Below, one piece after another: positions 23,201-30,400 of a DNA stretch of 34,612 bases (its first letter is position 1; the number at the start of each line of letters is the position of its first letter). The position numbers and the translations under genes are program-made. The notes below the pieces were generated by a model. It made no database searches and was not told the origin of the DNA. It saw only the letters and a list, made by a program, of their open reading frames with translations. The stretch comes from Lysobacterales bacterium (GTDB taxonomy: Bacteria; Pseudomonadota; Gammaproteobacteria; Xanthomonadales; SZUA-5): contig JBGTIE010000568.1 of the NCBI GenBank assembly GCA_041745855.1, positions 1-34,612 on the forward strand, given 5' to 3'.

Positions 23201-24693
23201 GGGCACTCGGCCAGACGTGCATTGATCACCGGGTCCAACGCGGTGCGAATCAACTCGGCAACCAGCGTGTCTGGGGTGTAGTAACTACCGCTGATCTTGC
23301 GCGCATGGCCTTGGGTGCTGCCCTCGCTGGTCAGGCCGACGAAGCCGAACCGGCGCGCGGATAGTTCCAATTCCGGCACCAGCTCAAGCAGGCTCTCGTA
23401 GACGCTGCCCAACTCCTCAGGGCCCATGTTTCGATAGTCGATCGGCACCCGCAAACCGCCGACACCGGCCCAGCGCAGTTGCTCCAGTGCGGCGAGCAGA
23501 TCAGCATTGGCGAGACTCGCTACGTCCAGGTCCGGACACTGTTCTGCGGCGAACAAGCCGCCCAGCGCCGGCAGCGCCAGTCGCGCTTCGCCATCCCGCA
23601 GGCCGCGGAAGACGATACGGGTGGCTTGCCAGAGATCCTCGAAGCTCGTTCTGGCGCGCCGCTTGAGCACGCGCTCGCGCAAGCGAGCCTGGGAATAGCC
23701 TTCGGCGTAGGCACGGCGAGCCGCAACGGCTGTCGGGCTGTCATCGTGCGGATGCAGCAGCCCGCGCTCCTCGACGGTGAAGACGAAGATCAGCCGATAA
23801 ATCAACCGCAGCAACTGCTCGAAGTAGCCGTCCTTGTCCAGCTGGCCATCCTGCAGGCGCTGACGCAATGTGCCGTTGCCAGAGTGCTGGAGAAAGCCGT
23901 TCCCAAGCGCAAGCAATGCGCTCGTGACACCGCTGCGCAAGCCCTCCCTGACTCGAGTGCCTTCCTCACGACCGGTCTCGCGCCAGTTCTCCCAGATGCA
24001 TGCCTGGGCTGGCGCGCCCGCTTGGCCGGCGCGGCTGGCATGCAACAAGCGCCAGACCAGCGGGAACTCGGGATAGCGCTGGGCGCCGAGCAGATCCTGC
24101 AGGTCGAACTCCAGATAGCTGGGGCGGGTTAGCGTCGCCGCATCGCGCAGCAGGCGCAGCTGACGACCGTTGCTGACGATGCCCCACAGATGGTCGTCGC
24201 TGGCATTGAGGAATTCCTGCGCCAGCTGAAATGCCGACTTGCGACGGCTGCCGCTACCGCTGACTGCGAAACGTTCATCGGGATCGTCCAGGCCCAGGTT
24301 GTGCGGCGCCACGACCACAGGCAGCACGCCCGCGATGAGTTGCACAGGGTATCGGCGCTCAGCGAGTGCCATGCCGTCGATGGCGTGAATGCCGTGGTAA
24401 CCGAAGGCATCTTCGAGCAGTTCCCGCACGAAGGCGTGCGTCGTTGAAGCTGGATCCAGGTCGGTGCGTTCAAGCATGGAGGCAAAGTGCTTCCATTGCG
24501 CCGAAGCGATCTGGAAAGCACGGCTGAAATCATCCTTCAGCTTGAGCCCCTTGGGCGTCCCGTAGTCAGCTTCGGCTTGCCGCGCGGCCTGTCCGTGCGC
24601 AGCCTTCTCCAGCTGATCTGGGAGGAACAGTCCGCCCACCAGACGCAAGCAAGGCAGGTCAAGCGCGGCGTGCTGTCCTCGAACGCGCTTCAT
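20260..24693 (-). CDS. Large gamma-class N6-adenine DNA methyltransferase (DISARM DrmMI / Eco57I-like)
   Basis: YYTPDTLV, VIDPACGSGHFLLAAARRL (SAM motif I) and VLGNPPWEH (NPPW motif IV) are present. It is 1477 aa with long N- and C-terminal extensions. There is an ATGA overlap with the SNF2 gene. Confidence 0.9.
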   Translation of the reverse strand: MKRVRGQHAALDLPCLRLVGGLFLPDQLEKAAHGQAARQAEADYGTPKGLKLKDDFSRAFQIASAQWKHFASMLERTDLDPASTTHAFVRELLEDAFGYHGIHAIDGMALAERRYPVQLIAGVLPVVVAPHNLGLDDPDERFAVSGSGSRRKSAFQLAQEFLNASDDHLWGIVSNGRQLRLLRDAATLTRPSYLEFDLQDLLGAQRYPEFPLVWRLLHASRAGQAGAPAQACIWENWRETGREEGTRVREGLRSGVTSALLALGNGFLQHSGNGTLRQRLQDGQLDKDGYFEQLLRLIYRLIFVFTVEERGLLHPHDDSPTAVAARRAYAEGYSQARLRERVLKRRARTSFEDLWQATRIVFRGLRDGEARLALPALGGLFAAEQCPDLDVASLANADLLAALEQLRWAGVGGLRVPIDYRNMGPEELGSVYESLLELVPELELSARRFGFVGLTSEGSTQGHARKISGSYYTPDTLVAELIRTALDPVINARLAECPDNPTEALLSIKVIDPACGSGHFLLAAARRLAERLAALRSVEGAVLEPDYRHALREVIGRCIYGVDRNPMARELCRTALWLEGFEEGRPLSFLDHHLQCGDALLGITDLKALEAGIPAAAFKPLSGDDKDVCRELAKANKLGLKQLERDLNRGQQLMRFDVASGMDQLKALEALPDATTADIEARAAAWQAFQQQAESSHLAHAADLLLGAFLLPKTQASAEQIPTSQSLYFELLGATPGALHARQLGAARAACREARVLHWPLTFPQVFAQGGFDCVLGNPPWEHVELKEEEFFATRNPLVAQAKNKAERSHRIDWLAQGRLAHNLYPDRDQGIAVCLAEQRLYREFLTTKRNLDAASTFAHVDGEDGGRYRLTGVGRVNTYALFAETISQIVDTNGRAGFIVPTGIATDDSTKAYFGAIASGGRLASLYDFENREGIFPGVHRSYKFCLLTLGQAAEAEFAFFLTQIGQLTDPRRRFTLGAEDFTRINPNTLTCPVFRARRDAELTRKIYLRVPVLIREGRGTRPERNPWGIRFMQGTHNMSSDSHLFADSASERDLPLYEAKMIHQFDHRWATYEASEKGQAGKGDVGSRDVTEAEKANPRFTPTPRYWVEGADVRRRLTDKDWEWQWLLGWRRNSRSTDERTMIANVLPMSGAGDSIFLLCPARNAVAQACLLAGLNSLTFDYVARQKVGGMNFSFYFLRQLPLPGPEDFVAGDLAFIVPRVLELTYTAWDLEPWARELGFEGPPFRFDPDRRAHLRAELDAWYARAYGLTRDELRYILDPADIEGPDYPSETFRVLQKNELKAHGEYRTQRLVLEAWDALEVQKRLTIPARRTAPLPMYAEGGTPASEAEDFLAGLVCDVLLQAGPCDDTQLRLILATPLPSSTRYAEELDRWRVALSNARWPHLCDWLRSLLGVPVTAPLSVRAPDVLTDVIGDARTESLAQALIEARRQHETALEATMAGSASQAQPVSRKRG

Positions 24694-27476
24694 AGGGCGT
24701 CCGGGAGCAGTACGTAGACGCCAATCAGATCAAGCGGCAAGCAGGGGCTCACGCTGTACTGGCCGACGTCACGGGCGGCCTCGCGCACGCGGCGGTGATC
24801 TTCCAGCAGGGCTTGCGCACGTTCGTCGGCAAGGGATTCCAGCTTTTCAGGGTGAGCGCGAAGGAAAACCATCGCCGCCTCGATTTCGTGCTGGATCTGA
24901 GCTGGGGAGAGGTTGCCGCTGGGCTGGCACTGGAGCAGCGCATCGGTGCTGGACTCGACTGACCAGACCGGTGAGGCGCGACCGCGCACAGCCAGAGTGA
25001 GTGTTTCCTCAGCCATCAGCTGGTGGGGTTGGCGACGGCGGACGTAGCTCAGCTGATGACGCAGGCGTAGCAGGTAGAGGGTGGTGACGACCTCCACATC
25101 GCCCGTGACGGTTGCCGCGCAACGCGCGGCCATGGGTTGCTCGCCCTGAAGTGTGTCCTCCAGCAGATGTTCGGCAATCACGGTCACCAGCGGATGACTG
25201 CGATGAAGCTGAGCCAGATCCAGCGTGTGAGGCAATGCCAGACCTTCGTCTTCCAGTCGCAGCCGCAGGGGCTCGGGGAAGTGCTGTGGCAGGAACCGTA
25301 CATGGTCCTTGCGCAGCGGTTCTAATGGCGAGTTCAGGCGCGCGCAGGCGCTCCGCAGGAAGCGATGCACATCGGCCTGATCGCCCAGGGCCTGCTGCTG
25401 CTTGCGCCATTCCGGCAACACTTCGTCAGGACGGATTCGGCGCTGGGCAAAGACGGTGCGGTTGGCCTTGGCCTTGTCCAGCGCGTCACGCCACTGCGCC
25501 TGGAGCGGTTCGAGCAGTTGTTCGGATTCGCCGAAATCGAAACTGGCCTGGGGTGAGTTATGTTGGGCGTCGCTGCGCTTCATCAGCGCGGCCTTGACCA
25601 GTGCCTGATTGATGCGCAGTTCGTCCTCGGGCATGGGCACCAATACACCAAGTTCCTTCTGGATCGCCTCGCCTTTGCGCAGGATCACATTCAGGACGAA
25701 GCCATCGACAGGGTTGTCCTGACCATAGAGCATCGTGCAGCGCACGCTCTTGGCTTCCTGCCCGAAGCGATCGACCCGGCCCTCGCGCTGTTCATGACGG
25801 GTGGGGTTCCAGGCCAGGTCGTAATGCACGACGGCAGTAAACAGATGTTGGAGGTTGATACCTTCCGAAAGGCAATCGGTGGCCACCAGCACGCGCCGGT
25901 TTGCTTCGGTCATGCTCTCGACACGGTCCTTGCGTTCGTCGGGGGTCTGCTCTCCGGTCACCGCCTCCACCAGAACATCTGGAAAGTCGCGCCGCAGATG
26001 TTCGGCGACATAGTGCGCCGTGGCCACATAGCGACAGAAGACCACGACATGGAAGCCATCCGACAGCAACTCCTGCAAGTGGCGAACCAGGACTGAAAGC
26101 TTGGGATCAGTCGCACGGCCGGACAGGCGCTGGGCTTCGCCAATCAAGGATTGCAGACGCAGGGTGTCCTGCAATTGTGCTGGTGGCTCCAGATCGCTGC
26201 CGGACAGATCATCAGCCTGACCATCGTGAAGGCGGTCGTCCAACAAGTCCGAGGCTTCGTCGACGGCAGCACCTTCCAATCGCGTGGTCAGGGCTTTCAC
26301 AGCGGCCGCGGGCGAGGAGGCGACACAGCGCAGAAGTGCCAATGTGGCGTACCAGATCAGGCGAGCGCCACCGCCCCCGGCGTGTTGCATGCTTTCGGCC
26401 AGATCTCGGCAATAGGCCTGCACCGAATCGAAGAAAGCGCCCCATTCGCCGCTGAGCTGATAGGTGATCTCGGTCTTCATGCGGCGGGGGAAGGCGCGTC
26501 CCTCTGAAGACTCGATCTGCCATTCCTCGATATCCTTTCGGCGGCGCTGAACGAAGTGCCGCGCCAGCCGTTGGCGCAATGGGTGGTCGGCCGAGTTATG
26601 ACCCTGCAGGCCGGCGAATTCCGGATCGAGCAAGGCAATCAAGTTGTAGAAGGCCGCTTCGTCCCCGGAGTGAGGCGTAGCTGTGAGCATTATGAGGTGC
26701 CGCTCGGGATCGACCAGAAGGCGCTGCAGCAACTCGTAGCGCAGCTGCTTGCCGCGGCCTCCGGTTGCGCAAGTGTGCGCCTCGTCTACGATCAGGCACT
26801 CCGGCGCGATGCTGAGGAAGTGATCTCGGTGGCGTTCGCTCTTGATGTAGTCAAGGCTGACGACCACGATCCGATGATGCTCAAACAAACTTACGCCGTG
26901 CGGTAACTCACGCTCAACGCGGTTGGCAGTAGCCGCCGTGAGAGCGACTGCGGGCAAGTGAAAGCGATCGGCCAGCTCGCCCTGCCATTGATCGACGAGA
27001 TGCGGCGGACAGAGCACGGCCGCTCGGCCGATCTCCCCGCGGTCCAGCAGTTCGCGTACGATCAGGCCGGCTTCGATGGTCTTTCCGATACCGACGTCAT
27101 CGGCGATGAGCAGACGAACGGTAGACAAGCGCAATGCCATCAACAAAGGAACCAGCTGATAGGCCCGGGGTTCGACACCAATGTTGCCGAAGGATCGGAA
27201 CGGTCCAGCACCGGCGCGCAACTTCAGCCGCAGCGCATCTCGCAGAAGCAAAGCGCCCGCATGAGTACCTGGCCGCGTTGGGTCCGGCCAGTGGAAACTC
27301 GCTGATTCGACTGGATCGAGCTCCAGGTCAGGGATAACGCCGACGACATCTTCGTCTGCACCGCCGAGTGGACGCAGTCGCAGCCAATCCGGCCTTGAGT
27401 CGCCGAGTACGACCCACTCGCGGCCGCGTGCGCGAACGAGATTACCCGGTTGGAATGAGAGGCCCGATTGCATCAT
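24690..27476 (-). CDS. SNF2-family helicase (DISARM DrmD-like)
   Basis: ADDVGIGKTIEAG (motif I), IVDEAHTC (II), LTATPHSG (III), LSEGINLQ (V) and WNPTRHEQREGRVDRFGQ (VI) are present. The N-terminal region shows G..VRARGREWVV. Confidence 0.9.
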   Translation of the reverse strand: MMQSGLSFQPGNLVRARGREWVVLGDSRPDWLRLRPLGGADEDVVGVIPDLELDPVESASFHWPDPTRPGTHAGALLLRDALRLKLRAGAGPFRSFGNIGVEPRAYQLVPLLMALRLSTVRLLIADDVGIGKTIEAGLIVRELLDRGEIGRAAVLCPPHLVDQWQGELADRFHLPAVALTAATANRVERELPHGVSLFEHHRIVVVSLDYIKSERHRDHFLSIAPECLIVDEAHTCATGGRGKQLRYELLQRLLVDPERHLIMLTATPHSGDEAAFYNLIALLDPEFAGLQGHNSADHPLRQRLARHFVQRRRKDIEEWQIESSEGRAFPRRMKTEITYQLSGEWGAFFDSVQAYCRDLAESMQHAGGGGARLIWYATLALLRCVASSPAAAVKALTTRLEGAAVDEASDLLDDRLHDGQADDLSGSDLEPPAQLQDTLRLQSLIGEAQRLSGRATDPKLSVLVRHLQELLSDGFHVVVFCRYVATAHYVAEHLRRDFPDVLVEAVTGEQTPDERKDRVESMTEANRRVLVATDCLSEGINLQHLFTAVVHYDLAWNPTRHEQREGRVDRFGQEAKSVRCTMLYGQDNPVDGFVLNVILRKGEAIQKELGVLVPMPEDELRINQALVKAALMKRSDAQHNSPQASFDFGESEQLLEPLQAQWRDALDKAKANRTVFAQRRIRPDEVLPEWRKQQQALGDQADVHRFLRSACARLNSPLEPLRKDHVRFLPQHFPEPLRLRLEDEGLALPHTLDLAQLHRSHPLVTVIAEHLLEDTLQGEQPMAARCAATVTGDVEVVTTLYLLRLRHQLSYVRRRQPHQLMAEETLTLAVRGRASPVWSVESSTDALLQCQPSGNLSPAQIQHEIEAAMVFLRAHPEKLESLADERAQALLEDHRRVREAARDVGQYSVSPCLPLDLIGVYVLLPDAL

Positions 27477-27479
27477 TGA

Positions 27480-30400
27480 TCAGTTCTGGGTTGACCCGAA
27501 CACGGTGGGATGGAGGGAGAAAAGCTCGGACCAACGGGCCTGATCGGAGAAGTCCAGGACCTGCCAACCCTTGTCGACGAGCAAGCTGCGCAGATGATCT
27601 GCGAGTGGGTCGATGAACACCAGCGCGCGCGACTGTCTGTACTGCCCGGCAGCGCTTGCAGCTCCGCCCGCCACGACGACATTCAGTGCGTCAGGTTCCC
27701 GCAATCCGCGGGTCCGCAGCGCCTGCAGCCATTCGCTAGATGATGGATTTGGATCGTCATCAGGCGTGCTCCCCACGTGGCTCGTCAAACTGACGCGAGA
27801 CTGCGCCAACGCCACGAGAAGATCGAGTACGTCCGAATCCCGACGGTTGATGTGGTCGTGATCGGGCTGGTTGAAGTACGACAACAGGCATCGATAGCAG
27901 CCGGCTTCGCAAGTGGCGATCCCATTTCGCCGCTCCTCCCACTGATCCAGTTCGGATCGAATCCAGACGCCTTCCGGCGCCTTGTAGTGCATCAGTTCCA
28001 GCGCCGCAGAGGCCACCTGCGCGAGGGCATCTGGATCGGTAGCGAGGCGGGTGAGCACGCCCGCGCCACCTTCGGCGGACTCATAGAACATCAGCGCTCT
28101 GCGATTATCCGAGGTGGGCAAGGGCTCGGCGACCAGCTCTGATTCCTCGATCTGGAAGCTCATCTCGATACCGCGCTTGAGCGCCGCCTGCAGGGTGGCC
28201 ATGGTCGTCAGAGAGAGGGGCCTGACCGGACTCAACGTGAGCAGATTCCGGTGATCTTCAACGAAGGGCACGATGCGCTGGTTGGGGATCTTGTCGATCG
28301 AGGCTTCATCGGCATTCTGAGACGAATCGTCAGCGGTGGGATCGTCCTGCTTGCTCCAGGTGCCAGTGATCGGATTGATGTAGAAGCCCAACTGTTCCTT
28401 GTTCTTGCGCCGGCGCCAGCCGCGATTGATGCGCCACAAGCGTGCCGATGGCGTATAGACCAGACCCGCCAGCACGTCTTCTCCCAGGCGCACCTCCGCC
28501 TGCCGCTTCTGGATCTCGCCGTCAGGGCCGGGCATGAAGCGATAGGTGGTCTGTAACTCGAAGCCCTGGCGCTGGCGGTCTTCGTCGTTGATCGAGATCC
28601 GCTCGACTGCCACGGTTTCCACCGTTTCGATACGGTAGAGCTGCTTCACCCAGTCGCCTTCGGTCAGCAGCGCATCGCAATGCTCGCAGCGCTCGGCGAG
28701 CGGCTCGGGGTCACCCGGCTCACCCAAATGCCCATAGCCGCACTGACTGCAGATGCGCGAGGCGATCGTGCTAAGTAGCCCGCTGCCCGAGACATGTTCG
28801 GCCGCGCCAACATTCAGCTTGGCCCGAACCACACGGTACATGCGGCCCTGATGATAAATGAGGCTGCGCGGACCGAACTCGGACAGGGCAAGGAAGCGCG
28901 GTCTGCTGACCATGTTCCCCTCGTCATCAGCCGCACCTGCGCCACTGCCGCCACGTGCGGGAATCCACGCCATGAGTGGCAAGCGCGGGAAGTTGTAGCC
29001 CGGTAGAAATCCCTGACTGGCCAGATAGCGGTAGGTGTAGAAGTCGGTTCCTTGGGAATTTCCGGACTTGAGCAGGACCGCATATTGACGCGCAGCATCA
29101 CCATAACGACGACTGGCGTTCTGCCGCTCGCCGTGGGTTGCGGTGTGACTCTTGACGATCTGGTCCGCCAGATCCATCTGCTTGCGGGTTGAGTCGAAGA
29201 GCACACGCCAGCGCTCCAGAGCGCCAGAAAACATGCCGGGCGAGCCCTCGATTACCTTGTCCACGTAGTCTTCGGTGAACCAGTCGACTTCCTGCAGCGA
29301 CTCGCGTAGGCGTGCAGCGACGGTGCGCGCGCTCGTGCGAGCCCGCGCGAGTACGTCAGTTGCAGACAACAGCTCATGCAGCGGCCCCTTGACCGGCTTG
29401 CCAGGCAAGTCCAGATCCAGTAGCGGCGCAATGCTGCTGTCCAGTTCGACCCTGGTAGAGGCGAGCCAGATCGCGCGCAGATGGCTTTCGAGCAGATCGC
29501 GATTGGCCAGGTCCAGGGTCGGGGGTTTGACGACACCGTGGACCATTTCGTCGGCGTGACTGAAGAACCACTGGTCATGCGGGCTTTGTGCCGCACAGTA
29601 GGTGATGACCAGCGCTTGCTGGCCCGAGCGACCGGCACGACCGCTCCGTTGGGCGTAGTTGGCCGGTGTCGGCGGTACGTTCCGCAAGAAGACCGTATTC
29701 AGCGCTGAAATGTCGACGCCCAACTCCATCGTTGGCGAGCAGAACATTACCGGCAGCCGCTCCAGCGGCGTTTCGTGGGCAGGATTCTGTGCCCAGTCTT
29801 TGCGGTCCTTCTCGCTGTAGCGGAAGCGCTGTTCCAGCCACTGCCGCCGGCTAGCCTCGACCTGAGCAGTGTGTTCCTGGGCCTCGAACTCGAACAGCGG
29901 ATGGCCGGGCTGACGGAGCAGTTCGCCAATTTGCAGGTAGAGCTGCCTGAAGAAGGTGTTGGCGGCGCTGGGTTTCGGGTCCTCTGAGACCAGGCACCAG
30001 TCCATGGCTGCCGCGTTCAAGCGCCAGCCGACGAGTTCGTTGTCCACCGCCAGCTTGTGCACATAGCCATAGAGTGCCGCTGCCTGCAGCATGGCCTTGA
30101 TCAGTTCGGCCCACTCTGTCTCCCTCCAGGCATGGGTCTGGTCTGCGAACGGCGTCGCCTTCCAGACCTTGGATGACTTGACTCGCTTGAGCAGACGCGA
30201 TCGTGGACCGCCTGCGACCACATCGGTCCTGGGCCTTCCTCGGTACTCCGGCCGCCGGTCAAGGATCAGGAATCGGGCTGTTTCGAGGCTCTCATCAGGC
30301 GCGAAGGCCCAACGCTCGTGCAAATAGGAGAATGCGCTGTTGCGCGCCTTGTCCTGCTCGGTGGGATCGAGATAGCGACTTTCCAGGCACAGGCCGCGAC

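Noticed and set aside
20575-24132. Plus-strand ORFs of 200-330 aa inside the methyltransferase gene (20575..21573, 21580..22302, 23479..24132), and similar ones inside the helicase and integrase genes (for example 33544..34374 -)
   Set aside because: The same shadow-ORF argument applies. There are no motifs or plausible RBS, and they are embedded in genes with complete catalytic motif sets on the other strand or frame.
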